From Rhynchobatus australiae (lineage: Eukaryota): DNA of 64,000 nt. The notes below the pieces were generated by a model that was not told where the DNA came from, searched no databases, and saw only the letters and a list, made by a program, of their open reading frames with translations. Every line of letters starts with the position of its first letter. Within the stretch, counting starts at the first letter, position 1. Made by a program: the position numbers and the translations under genes. Shown here one piece after another: positions 51,350-64,000 of the stretch. The stretch lies in assembly GCA_034780895.1 (NCBI GenBank), contig JAUZTB010000107.1, positions 79,784,162-79,848,161 on the forward strand, in the 5' to 3' direction.

Positions 51350-51900
51350 ACTTTCTGCCATATCCCACAAATCCACCTCCCACCTCCCACCTCACCCACC
51401 TCCACTGCAGTTTCTGTAGTGTTGCTGCTGCATCCAACTACCACATAAACCAATTCAGTGTCACCCTTTGAGAGATAGTCCTTCTGGCCTTTCCATCCCT
51501 CGCCCACCTTCTCTGCAAATTAGAACTACAGTCCTCCCCAGTTTATGAATGCCCGATTTATGTACAGCCCATACACATGTATGAGCATTTTGGAGACTGG
51601 TGGTGTGGATTTGCTGGCTGCTGTGTGGCTGCAGATATCTTCTGCCATGTGTGAACTCGGTTCGTAGCTGCATTTACAACTTGCAAACTGTTCACGTTAT
51701 GAACAGTTCACAGGAACAAAACCCTTCCATAACCTGGAGAGGAGCTGTAACTTGACTTCTCTCTTTTCTGGTTCTAACGAAATGTCTCAGACCTGTAATG
51801 TTAACTGCTTTTCATTTCCACAGTTGTTACCTGACCTGAGTGTTTTCAGGATTTTATGTATTGAGTTCAGATTTCCAGCATCTGCAAATATTTTTATTTT
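51350..51900 (+). mobile_element. Penelope-like terminal remnant containing a MITE
   Basis: Collinear with 4440-4630 once 51529-51749 is removed. It ends 'agatttccagcatctgcaaatattttt'. Confidence 0.65.
51529..51747. mobile_element. Tc1/mariner (pogo/Tigger-type) MITE, 219 bp
   Basis: TA TSD at 51527-28 and 51748-49. TIRs are CAGTCCTCCCCAGTTTATG and CATAACCTGGAGAGGAGCTG. Confidence 0.85.
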
Positions 51901-52349
51901 CCTTCTAAAATCTTTAGCTTTTGATGGAACCACACATTTTAAAATATAGGATTCCAATGTGACTTTAACTCTGAGCTACTGATACATGCTTGGCACTATT
52001 AACTCTTTATTATTATATCTGGAAGATAAAAGCATGTTTGTGGAAACAACTCCTGTGATAACTAAAGTAAATGGAGTATTTGGCACGTCATTGACAGTAA
52101 AGAAATTTGATCCATGGAAATCTGCTTTGGGTTCTGAATTCAGCATCTGAACCAATGTAAAGTACAATATGTTTTGGTGGGTTTACTAGGTTTTGGAACT
52201 AGCAATTTAGCCTATGTAGCATGCTGAATGCCACATATTTAGTTATTTGCAATCTATTGAATTTCTTAATGCTACATTTCAATTCCAGCTTTTCATAAAG
52301 ACCTGTTGGTCTTGGAATTCTATCACAGAACACAGTATTTTTGTGTGCT

Positions 52350-52660
52350 GTATTGTTGAATTTTATTGGAAGAGAGAAGGCTACATACAATGTTGCAGAT
52401 GTATAAAATATTGGTTAGACCGCACTTGGACTACTGTGTACAGTTCTGATCGCCACACTAAAGGAAGGATGTGGTAGCAATAGAGAGAGTGCAGAAGAGA
52501 TTCACCAGGATGTTGCCTGGAATAGAGGGCTGTAGTTATAAGGAGAAATGGGATAGACTGGATTTATTCTCACTGGAATGTAGGAGGCTGAGGGGTGACC
52601 TTTGGAGTTTTATAGAATTGTGAGGAGCATGGGTAGGATAGATAGTCTTTTTCTGAGGGC
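52350..52660 (+). mobile_element. CR1 LINE fragment
   Basis: YKILVRPHLDYCVQF*SPH…IERVQKRFTRMLPG…LDLFSLECRRLRGDL. Confidence 0.88.
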
Positions 52661-52669
52661 AGAAATCTC

Positions 52670-53330
52670 ACCCATTTCATAGAATTTTTAATCTTGTGGA
52701 TGTTGAGTACAAGATCTCATGTGCTTCAGTGAACGAGATGATGATGTCTTGGAGCTTGACCTCTGAGAGTGCACAAATGCAAGCATCATGTACACATAAC
52801 AGTGTTGGGCCAATGAAACAGCCATGTCTGATTCTGAGGTTCATCACTGAGATTAGTTCTGTTGTAGAGCTTTTGCTTTGTATCATGGCTTGCATTGCCA
52901 TTGTGGATTAAACTTAAAATGGTGATGAGCTTTTGTGAGCACCCTAATTTGAGGAAGCTGTTCCACACAGTGACCTCAAATTAATGGCAACATGCTGCTG
53001 CTTCCTGCGTTTTTCTTGGAGATGTTGTTCAGTGAAAATCATGTCCACAATGCCTCTAGGTGAATGGAATCTCCACTGTGGTTCAGGCAGCAGCTCTTCA
53101 ACCATTTGAAGGAGACCGTTGAGGACCATGACCATCTCTTCCCTTGTAGTCGACAGCAAGGAAACCAATCTATGGCTGTCACAGTCAGACATCTCCTTTC
53201 CTGAAGATCACAATTACAGCATCTTGTTGTCTTCTCAACCATGGCCAATGAGATAGTGAATTTGTGAGTGAAGCTCTTCACTGCTTTACTATTTCAGAAA
53301 CCTTGAGCCTCGGGTACAAAAGAATTGAAG
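52670..53330 (-). mobile_element. RTE-clade LINE RT fragment
   Basis: DCDSHRLVSLLST, LLPEPQWRFHSPRGIVDMIFT..LQEKRRKQQ and LWNSFLKLGCSQKLITILSLIH. Confidence 0.85.
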
Positions 53331-53634
53331 AATTCCTGGGCCACTGGACTATAGAAGAGTTACTCTAGGATTGTTACATTTCAAATACACTTATTCATAC
53401 ATTTCCTGAGCATGAGGTGCTTTTCCTGGCCTCCTTTTCTTCAGAGTAGCCTGAGCTGTTCTCTATTCTGTGGGGATAACTATAACCTGATTAGTCTGTC
53501 AGGAAATTAGTACACAGAATCCATTTACGTCCTGTATAGTTTTACTTTGCATTGACATCAAAAGGGTTGGATTCCAATTGCGTTCTGTCACTGCTCCCCT
53601 GTCTAACAGTAGGGCATATTTTCATAATTCATTA

Positions 53635-53865
53635 TAGCAAAAAAGAAGCCATTTCAGCCCATCAATTCAGTGCTAGATTGCAGAGTGATCCCAATCATTT
53701 GTAAATTTTCCCTGTAACCTATTCTCACAGCATTCCCATCGGTACTCCCAGATTCTACCTCTCCATTTACTTACTTATTTATTCCACTTATTCTGCTTAC
53801 CCACACAATGGATAAGTTTCACTGATCAATTAGCCTAAGAACCAATTTGTCTTTGTCTTTGGATA
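53635..53865 (-). mobile_element. Decayed HE1-like SINE 3' half
   Basis: Reverse-complement similarity to 16010-16200 ('gccatttcagcccatc…ccccagattctacc…caattagccta…tgtctttgg'). Confidence 0.55.
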
Positions 53866-55550
53866 TTACTGGTCCAATGCAAAACTAGATCAAGGACAAT
53901 AATGCACATTTTACACAGAAAGCACAATAATATGAAATTTTGAAGGAAATTATTTTCATTGCGTCTCACAAATAAGTTTAATGAAGAAAAATATGATTTT
54001 TAATTAAATATTCATCCCCTGCTTTACGTTAGCTTTTGCTGGAGAAATTTTAGACAAGGGGTAAATGTTTTTATTGTGCTAAATCAGCAAATTCCTCCAT
54101 TTTTACGATTAATTTTCTGCAGTGAATGAACATAACAAATGAAAAGTTTCCTTTCCTGTGCATAAACTTAAAAGTTAGCACCTGATCAAATTGTGAGCAA
54201 GCTTGCCTTCAGTTTAAAGATCACACAGCTGCATGCTGAAAGAGATTGAGGATGGAAATTTTGTGCAGCACCTTCACTTTAGTCGCTGAAGTCTTTTAGA
54301 ATCAATTAAACCACGGTCTTTTTGCTCAGCATCAATTTAAATTAACTGTCACTACAAATAAATTGCTGGTGGTAAGACTATAGGGGCAATGGCTAGATTC
54401 CATTTAATTTACTTGGCTCTAATTAGACCAGCAGATGTCACATGTTGGACCCACTGCATTCCAAGCCTGCATTTCTTGCTAGTTCCAATTAAAAGATTTA
54501 GTGCTGAATTAGGCAATTGAGCAGGGATCTTCTTTAAAAAAAAATCATGGATAATTTTACTTCAATTTCTAGTGATGTTAATGAACAGACAGACAAAATT
54601 AAATGAATTCAAATGTTTTGATTCCTTCAGATGATGGATATAATAGACTGAGGACATATATGCCCTTCACAATTCTTTTTGTTTTACATTTAATATAATA
54701 GAGGCTGAATTAGAATAGTTAGAAATGGGAAGTAATACTGAGCATTTGTGAATCATTAATTTAGTTATGGTTAATTGTGCACTGTAGTAACTAATCCAGC
54801 TCAGAGTTTTAAACATTGCATCATAAATCAGATGAATATGGTAATAATAACATAGGGGACTACTTACAATTGAAGAGGAAGAAGGGAATTCTGTCTGTTG
54901 CTATAGAAATTTGACATTCATTAAGAAGTGAGTGCAAATTTGTCAATAATCTCTCATGGTTTCTAACATTTATGAGTTGAAGTAATGTGCTAATGTACTT
55001 AAAGGTATTAAATAAACTGATTTGACGCTATGAAGCCATTTAGTGCCATTAAGAGTGTCAGATGGCATTTCACATTTTCTCTAAGATCACTGCTGATATA
55101 TTACAATTAGCATATTTTGAAATTATTTCAAAAGAGCTGCTCTGTAGATCACACATTCAGCAAGTCCTAATCCAAGTTCTGCCTTCTACTAAGTGGTTAA
55201 TCACCGTCTCATTGCAGACAGATATAGACAGAATTAGACAGCAAGTTGACAAATGGTGTGTTATCTTTAGCACTGGGAAGACTAAGTCAATAACTTCACT
55301 AAGAAAGCTCGCCCACCTAACACACTATAAAAGTTCTAAGACTTGGTGTGTACATTTGAGTTACACTTGTACAGGCAGTTGATAATAATGGTTTCAAAAT
55401 CAATAGGTTACCTTCAAGTAAACTGAGTTCTACTTGAATCAAGAGCCAATTCAAGCCTACATCTATCTAACGTCGTGCTATGACAATCCATTTGTCAAAT
55501 GGAATATTTATCTTTTCCTTCCAGACAAAAACAAATCAATTTATTTTAAA

Positions 55551-56022
55551 GAGAGGCACAATGGACTGCGGATGCTGGAATCTGGAGAAAAACAAACCGC
55601 TGGAGGAACTCAGCTTGTCAAGCAGCATCTGTGGATGCAGATTGATAGTCGATGTTGTGGGTTGAGACCCTGCATCAGTACTGAGAGAGAGTGTAAAGGG
55701 AACATTGCCAGTGTAAAGAGGTGAGGGGGAGAGGTGAGGCAGGAACAGGCAGACAACAGATGGAGCCAGGTGAGGTGGGGATGATGTGCAGATGGAGCCA
55801 GGTAGGGGAGAGGAGTTGGAGGTAGAGTTAGAGTAAGGAAGGCGATGTGGAGACAACAAAGAGTTACAAATTATGGAATCTGCTACATAAGAAAAATGAT
55901 AAGTGGAACCTCACAGGAGAGGTATGATGGGCAGGTGGAACCAGTGGAACCCCTTCCCCCACTGGAATCCACAGATGTTGCAGACCCACTGAATGCCTCC
56001 AGCAGTTTGTTCTTTACTTCAC
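55551..56022 (-). mobile_element. Penelope-derived element with inverted termini and an 11-bp TSD
   Basis: TTTATTTTAAA at 55540-55550 and 56023-56033. Termini 'gctggaggaactcagc…gcagcatctgtgga' and 'tccacagatgttgcagacccactgaatgcctccagc' are inverted relative to each other. Confidence 0.8.
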
Positions 56023-56849
56023 TTTATTTTAAATATCTATGCTTTTCCAACTCTCAAAACAAAAGGAGAAAAAAATGATTGAGGTTTATACCAAAACTTG
56101 AAGTACTCCTGTTTTACTGGAATGGAGGATATTCCTCTGAGGTGATGACTTTCCTAACCTGGTTGAAGAAGAGCATGTCATGTTCACTGGGAAGTACTTG
56201 AATTGGAATCCAATCAAATAGAATAAAATCTAATTACTTTAAATCATGACAATCTATATCATTAATAAGTATAATTCTCTAGTTACATGTAAACAAAAGC
56301 AAAATACTGCAGATACTTGAAATCGAAAATAATAACAGAACATCTTGGAAACGCTCAGAAGGCCAGGCGGCATTGCAAGAAAGAGAATTAGAGTTAATTG
56401 TTCAGGTTGATTGAGTTTCTATTGAATGGTCATGAACTTAAACATTGTCCCAGATTTTGTAGTAAGATATTTGCATTTACTGATAAAGCTGCTGACATTT
56501 TCCTGCATAATTGTCAATTACTTCCAGATTTCCATTCAAATATTGACTTTTGAGAGCATTTTCTCCTTTGTGCTGCAATACTGGGCTCTTTATGGAGGAA
56601 GTGAGAAGTTGCTGCATTTCCAATCCACCCAGGTTGTACCTGGCACTGGGAGTGGTTCCTGATTCATTTAATAGTAAAGAACAGTTTCCGAAGGATATGA
56701 GGACTAAAAATATATTTTTCACATGACATTATTACATTTTGGTCTCTTCTGAAACAGACACATAGAATAAAATGTACAGGAGTTATGCAGGGAAAAATTA
56801 TAAATGCTGATTATAGCCTCTCAGTGCTCACTGATAATAAAGGGGTGAC

Positions 56850-57210
56850 AGAAATTTATGGCAGAGAGAGGCCATTTGTCTCATGGTTATCATGCCTGCC
56901 TAAAAAAGCAATTGAGAAAAATCCCACTTCCTATCTCGGTTTGCAGCCTTGTAGGTTACAGTGCATCAAGTGCTCATCCAGGTACCAATTAAATGCAATG
57001 AAAATTTCTGCTATCATCATTTCAGGTTGTGAATTTTGGACCTCTCTCAGCTCTCAGATTTCCTCAACATCCCTCGCAGCCTTCTACCAATTACCTTAAA
57101 TCTGTGTAGCCTCATTATCATCTCTGCTTAGAGAAATGCATCCTTCCTGTTGAACCTATCTGGACTCATATAATGTTGTGCACCTTAATTAAATCTTCCT
57201 TCATGGCCCA
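56850..57210 (-). mobile_element. Decayed CR1 3' fragment
   Basis: Collinear with 9870-10250. Confidence 0.55.
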
Positions 57211-58939
57211 AGCAAAATAAAATCAGAAATAGTATCCATCATGAAAAAAGGGGAAAGGAGTGAATACTTAGCCGGTGAAATGAGTGGATGATGATCCATA
57301 AGTACGAGCATAGCGCAAGGGCTCTTGTGATGAAGGTTGGCTGCATAGATTGCTTGCTCTACTCTAAATCAATTCAACAAGGCTCACATTCAAATGGAGG
57401 TCTCTCGTCTCCCCAGAGGCTGAGTGATAGAACAAAACTGACTTCTCAGTCACTCATGAAGATTAGTCACCTGGGAGAAGTATAAGAAGGAAAAAAAATG
57501 CTTCCATGGAAATATATTTCAATGTGAGTCACCAACCTCAGTAAAGCAAAACATTGGGGAAAATTGACCAGCTTAAAAAAGATGAAAGCTGCACCTGTCT
57601 CACAATTTATCCAAAATTAAATTTTGTTCAGCAGCGCTTCAAGTTCAGACATAATCAGCAATATGGGGTACAAGTTGTACTTGAAATTGTGCTGTTTTTC
57701 TAAAGTGAAGCTATGGTCAGGCTTTTGCTGAAATTAATGTGCTTAATCACAAAAGTAAAATCTTCCATGAAGCAGCACAATCAGCCAGCATCATTGTATG
57801 TAATTACTTATTTTCCACTCATCAGATAAAAAAAATGGATCACTTTGCTTGTTTAAGGAAGATTTTACTTTTGTGATCATACAATTTGGTTTGGTAACCT
57901 AGTATAATTTTAGTAATATGACTGAAAATTAATGTGTCTTATTGTTATAAAGCATCTTTCATTTTCAATATTGTGTGAGCTATTTCTCTTGGTTTAGTCA
58001 TTGTGAAAAGTTTAGTACCATCTCATACTGAATCAATGAATCCAGTAACTGGTTCTTTCCTTTATTACTCTTGACCTAACTGCAGTAAAATGGAAGGCTC
58101 ATGTACAATTGCATGAAATCTTTCTACATGGATATTGTTGGTCTGTAATTACAAATTCTGCATAAATAATTCTTTATACTGCATTCTTTTGTTGAAGGTA
58201 CTCACATATTGAAATGTAAATAAAATATAGTCAGGTATTCTACTTTTATAAAACTGATTGCTCTGCAAGCTCCAGTGCTGATCCAATATCTTATTACCAT
58301 CTCATTGCAAATTAATTGTTCTAAAATACTCTAAGTATCTTTAATAACCAAAGATCATTATGAATAGAGACTAACATTGTTCTTCATNNNNNNNNNNNNN
58401 NNNNNNNNNNNNNNNNNNNNNNNNNNNNNNNNNNNNNNNNNNNNNNNNNNNNNNNNNNNNNNNNNNNNNNNNNNNNNNNNNNNNNNNNNNNNNNNNNNNN
58501 NNNNNNNNNNNNNNNNNNNNNNNNNNNNNNNNNNNNNNNNNNNNNNNNNNNNNNNNNNNNNNNNNNNNNNNNNNNNNNNNNNNNNNNNNNNNNNNNNNNN
58601 NNNNNNNNNNNNNNNNNNNNNNNNNNNNNNNNNNNNNNNNNNNNNNNNNNNNNNNNNNNNNNNNNNNNNNNNNNNNNNNNNNNNNNNNNNNNNNNNNNNN
58701 NNNNNNNNNNNNNNNNNNNNNNNNNNNNNNNNNNNNNNNNNNNNNNNNNNNNNNNNNNNNNNNNNNNNNNNNNNNNNNNNNNNNNNNNNNNNNNNNNNNN
58801 NNNNNNNNNNNNNNNNNNNNNNNNNNNNNNNNNNNNNNNNNNNNNNNNNNNNNNNNNNNNNNNNNNNNNNNNNNNNNNNNNNNNNNNNNNNNNNNNNNNN
58901 NNNNNNNNNNNNNNNNNNNNNNNNNNNNNNNNNNNNNNA

Positions 58940-59200
58940 GCGCCAGCGACCCGGGTTCAATTCCGGCTGCTGTCTGTAAGGAGTTTGTACGTTCTCCCCG
59001 TGTGTCTGCGTGGGTTACCTCTGGGTGCTCCGGTTTCCTCCCACATTCCAAAGACGTACAGGTTTAGAAGCTGTGGGCATGCTATGTTGGCGCTGGAAGC
59101 GTGGCGACACTTGTGGGCTGCCCCCAGAAAATTCTATGCAAAAAGATGCATTTCACTGTGTTTTGATGTACACGTGACTAATAAAGAGATCTTATCTTAG
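58940..59200 (+). mobile_element. Young tRNA-derived V-SINE with a non-CR1 (Rex1-like) tail; 5' end lost in a gap
   Basis: B box 'gggttcaattcc', V-domain 'gggtgctccggtttcctcccacattccaaagacgtac', CpGs retained, and tail 'atttcactgtgttttgatgtacacgtgactaataaagagatcttatctta'. Confidence 0.85.
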
Positions 59201-61231
59201 ATGTATTGAGTATTTACAGCATTTCTGTTTCTATTTCAGTTTCGCAGCATCTGCAATTTTTGCAGAGATCAAATTAGTGGTGGTAAATGACAAACAGATA
59301 ACTGAATGGCTCTTGAAAAATTAAATGAAAATGATTGAACAGGGGGGACTTTGAGTGTTACACAAAATCCACAATTTTCTTTTAGAAGTCTGATGCTAAG
59401 GCATGGATGAGATGAAACATGTCCAGTAGCTTGCAAAGTATGCCTGGACATCACTTCCCAGTGCAGAAATCTGATTTGGGCATATCTCCTTTAAGGCAGT
59501 TACTTACATGTCTCACCTGTCCTTTGGGGAATTTTCTGCCACCAGCCTTCCATCCCCTGATTTTCAGGGCGACCAACATCCTCATCCCCACCAAACTCAC
59601 AGTAGGTGGTCTAGCTATGGGTTTCATCCATAAACCCCAGCCCTAAATGATCACCAAAGTCCTCTGTTTTACAACCTCATGTCCCCCTCATTCCCAATCA
59701 GCAATGGCACCAATTGTCTACCTCACCTTAGTCAATGGCTACCACTCCTGCAACTCCAAACATACACCACTCTACTACTATGTACCAAGCCTGCACAATA
59801 TTTTAGTTAGATCACTGATATCTTGAAACATGATTCAGTTGGTTTTGCAGTTAAAATATGGAAGAAATACTTTACCAAATATTGGATTTTCTGCATTCCA
59901 CATTTTCATTTGGTTAAAATGGATAGAAGTCTAAACCGTTAGTTTATTAGCAGTTGTTGAAACACCTGGTTTCCTAAAATAAATTTTGAGATTTAAATTC
60001 TCAAAATCTGGTTATTGGAAATATTAATGCAGAAGCATGTTTCATGGTCTTTTGAGTTGCTTGAGCACATTTAAATGCAAGCTTTGTTTGAATTAAAGTA
60101 AAATTTTCCAATCTTAATATAAAGTCAAGGTTAGAGCAAAACCATGCTATCGTAATAAACATAAACCATTTACTTTTTTCTGTATGAATAATGTCTTTCA
60201 TGGCCAGGAGATGAAAAAGATGACTGAAGGGCAAGGTACTCATGCAGATGCACAGATTGGGCAGACCATGCTCTCTTGCCGTTTGGACTTTGAAAAAGTA
60301 TTTTTCTTACAGAAAGTATATTTTATAACACCCTTTGCAAATTTGACAGATATGTGAAAGGAACTGTTTTCCTTTAAAATACTGCAAAAAGTCAGAAAAG
60401 AAATAATGTTTTGAGCAGAAAAAGCAATGAATATTAATTATCAATTAGGAAATGTAAACTTTCATCAAGAACTAAGCTTTGTCTCATTAAATCTTTACAG
60501 AAGAAGGTAGATTCCTCAGTTTCTCTCCATACCGCTATTGAAGGTTTGGCCTCCCACAGTTCAGTGCCAAATAACCTTTGGCACATCTCCCAAGTAGACA
60601 TTATTAATGTGTACTCATTCACAGTGATGTTAGCAAGCTACTCAATCATGTAAGACATCAGAACCAAGAGAAATCCCCTCCTCGGGTGCATTTTCAGCGG
60701 AGGTCAGTGGATGGCAATCAGTAGCATGAACCATGACTATTAATTTTCCCTACCTGAGGGATTTTGAGTCCAACTGCAACACTCCTACACTACCTAAGGT
60801 TAATTCACTGAGCTCTGTGGATTGAGCCTGGGACGTTTCTGTATTTTTATGACTTAANNNNNNNNNNNNNNNNACTTGCTGAGCTGTCACAGAAATCCAG
60901 GAGGAAGTCTCAGAAATTGTAACTGCAGCAATTCCTTCATTCTTTGGTGGATAATCTGGTACATGCAAGTTAGCCAAGGGAAGATTTCCTCTGTGTAACA
61001 GGAGAAGCAAAATCATAAACACCTTTTCATAACCGGAGGTATACCAAGGAAAATATTTCTTAAGTCTCAGCTGCTGCTTTCATGTTCTTAAGCCAAACTC
61101 AGATCAGTTCCTGTTAGAGAACTGGTAGAAAGTTTCATTTTACTGAGTCCTTGTTAGTTATATAAATTGTCTGTAATTAAGAAACAGTATAACATTTCCC
61201 ATTATTGTGCTGAAGTCCCTTTCTCACCGTT

Positions 61232-61580
61232 TCAGCGCAGTGGTGCAACTAATAGACTTGCTGCCTCATAGTGCCAGAGACCCAGGTTCAATCCTGACCT
61301 TGGGTGTTGTCTACGTGGAGTTTTCATGTACTTTTTATAACCACATAGGTTTCNNNNNNNNNNCACTGGGTGCTCTGGTTTCTCGTCACATATCAAAGAC
61401 ATATGGGTTGGTAGGTTAATTGACTACTATAAGTTGTTCAAAGTGTGTAAGTGGGTGGTAAAATCTGGGAGGAATTGATGAGAATGCAGGGAGAATAAAA
61501 AATGAGATTAATGTAAGATTATTGTAAATAGGTGGTTGATAGTCAGTGCAGACTCAATGAGCCAGAGGCTCTCTGTATCT
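61232..61580 (+). mobile_element. HE1-like V-SINE, second copy of the 15860 family
   Basis: 'gcagtggtgcaactaatagacttgctgcctcatagtgccagagacccaggttcaatcctgacc…gtggttgatagtcagtgcagactcaatg'. Confidence 0.85.
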
Positions 61581-64000
61581 TTTTAAAATGTTTTGCTGAC
61601 AATCTGTATTCATGCTCTTTATCACCCAACCTGTCTTAACCTATCTTTGTCTTGTACCTCACATCTCCCCCGAGCTCCGCTTTGAAAAGTGTAAACCCTC
61701 CACTCTCTCTTCAGATCTGTACATGTAAGTGGAATGTCAGACAAACTGGCCAACAGAAGAGCAGTCAAGAAAGGTAGCAGTGATTTGGAACTAAGTGTCA
61801 ACAGTGGATGTGATAACTAGATTTGTTTTCGGAGCAGCATTGTGGAGATGAGAAACAGGGTAGCTCCTTGAGAAAGCCAGTGGTACAAGGCAAATGGGAA
61901 AGATGAACAAACAATTGTTTGTGATTCTCTGGCTTTGACTGTATGGGGAAGTCTGATGGCTATTCAGTAAGATTGGGTAGATTTCAGTTGAATGTAGAAA
62001 GCCTACAGCAGCTTTTTAGATGGAAGTACAAGAAATTTGAAGTTATAAAAAATGGATGCTAAGGCTCAAAAAGAATGCATTTCAAAAATTTTGGTCTAGA
62101 AATAAGAAAGATGTGAATGATGTAGTGGAAGTGGAAAAGGGAGACAGCAGTATCTGGGGAAGAAAAGGCATATATTCCAGCTGATAGCCTGGATTTGAAT
62201 CTTGGGCTCCACTTGGTTCAGTGGAACACAAGGCTTGAGCTTGAAGTGGCATATGGACAGGTAGGTCAGATCAAGGGATTAAACAAAATGGAAAGTCAGC
62301 TGGAGCAAAAGTAAAAATAAATCTTAAGGAACAGGATCAACAGTAGTCCGATTCAATAAGATCATAACCCAAATTCTATCTCAACACTTTTTACCCAGTC
62401 TTGATATCCATTGATTCTCCTGGATTCCAGAGAGGATAGTTTAGGCCCTGTTTAGACAGTGCTACAAGAGTTAAAGAACAAGGAATTATTAAGCACAAGG
62501 AAAGACAAGTAAATATGGAAGTGCACAGTGGAACCTTGCCAGTTTCTTTTCAGGGTATGGGAGTTCATTTTCCTTTTATCCACAACTTGCAAGAAGTTAT
62601 GCATGTAAGCCATATGAATCCATAGTTTTGACACAGTTACACAGAGTAATTGTGTGCAATTTTAAACATTGTGCAGTTGAACTTAGCTGCACATGTCACA
62701 ATGTTGAGCAAAGAGCAAGCTTGCAGAGAACCCAAATGCAGCACACCAATACAAGACTGGAGTCAGGATACTTCCTCAGGACAAACACAGGCAGCAACTG
62801 GAAGGAATCTTGAATCTTGCCTCAGAAATCTGAGGAGGAATCCCAACACAAACTGGATCTTCAAAAAGGAATAGAGAACACACAACTACTCTAGAATAGA
62901 CCACTCTAAACAGCTAGGAACCAAAGGCAAACCAATACTCTGGCAACTCATGCTAGAGAAACTCAGGTACTTATGCTAGGCCCTTGATGGGGCTCAGGTG
63001 TGTGTCATTAAGTAATCAGTCCAGCATGGAATCCCTGTGCTGGACACAAGGCATTAAAGGAGTCAAATTGAGGGCCAGAACTCAGAACCATGACAGCATG
63101 ACATCCTTACGTGGCAATTCTCCGATTAGTGATTGGACATCATGGCATAGAGGGTTGAATCTTGGTTGTTGTGAAGCTTCAATGGCAACACTAATGTAAT
63201 TGCTACTGGTAGCAGCCTCTGTGTGTAAGCACACATAAAAAAAACATGAATACAATTTCACATTCTGAGCCCTGTGTAAGGAAGTGCCAATAATGCTAAT
63301 GATCAATCCTGCACTTTCATTCAAATGTTTTTGCATAATAAACTTGCACTGCATGATTGAACTTTTAAGTTAATGACTCATCCGTGATTTTTTGTCAGGC
63401 ATTTGTCAGGCAGCCTGTTGGCATTCAAACTCTAAAGTGGCAAAGAAGTAAAGTTGGGAATCAGCATCATTAATGTCATGTGAGTAGTGGTTTTAGGGTA
63501 CGATTGGATGAGGAAAAGCCAGGGAACACCCCAGCATTTAACTGGACGTAAAGGTGGTGGACAGATTGGAATAGAACTGTGCGTGTTAAAATAACAAGAG
63601 GTATGGTTTGTTTTAAACATGGAAAGGTCAAAAAGAATAGATAATGCACTTCAGTTAACAATAAAACGAAAAAGCTTTTGCTTGCTGAAGATAAATTTAT
63701 ATATAGAAAAGCCTACTTGAGCATAATGTTGGACCATTGAAAGTAAACCAGCATTTAAAACATGACTTGCTTTAAACAGTGGCAGATCCCAGCTGCAGAG
63801 TCCTGCTGTCAGTCACATGACTGAAGTAGACAAACATAATGACCTAAGAGTGTTGGAGAAATCCTTGGGAGGACAGTGACTAGCCAAAGAATTTTGTTCT
63901 ATTTTCCATGTATATCGGCTTTTCTGGAGCTGGTCTGTTTTCACGCTTGTCCCTGTTGATTTTTATTATTAGTTATAGAACAGAGGAAATCTCAGCAGGT

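Noticed and set aside
44044-64000. Expected next NAALADL2 exon (…GDAD.F…LGVP…-like)
   Set aside because: Not found by eye. It probably lies beyond the window or in an N gap; tBLASTn with a NAALADL2 protein would settle this.

Overview
This is eukaryotic, AT-rich, gapped draft-assembly DNA. The repeat content (V-SINE/HE1-like and DeuSINE/SacSINE1-like SINEs, abundant CR1, Rex1/Babar and Penelope-like remnants) points to a cartilaginous fish (shark or ray); this is an inference. The whole window lies inside one large + strand gene, NAALADL2, an M28B/GCPII-family pseudo-peptidase. Three short coding exons (322-414, 21025-21221, 43912-44043) splice in frame across introns of 20,610 and 22,690 bp. 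The rest is intron filled with decayed and often nested transposons. Almost all ORFs in the supplied track are spurious, gap-inflated or transposon remnants. I found no prokaryotic-type system and no convincing new protein-coding system. The most interesting signals are: degenerate hammerhead-ribozyme-like motifs in palindromic Penelope-derived elements, sharing an A9-to-C variant; a CpG-rich solo LTR with YY1, NRF1-like and CLEAR-box motifs; two V-SINE families with the same head but different LINE-type tails; and an unexplained 126-bp direct duplication. Repeat boundaries are read by eye and approximate unless a TSD or TIR is quoted. Family names come from recalled consensus features, not from a database search.
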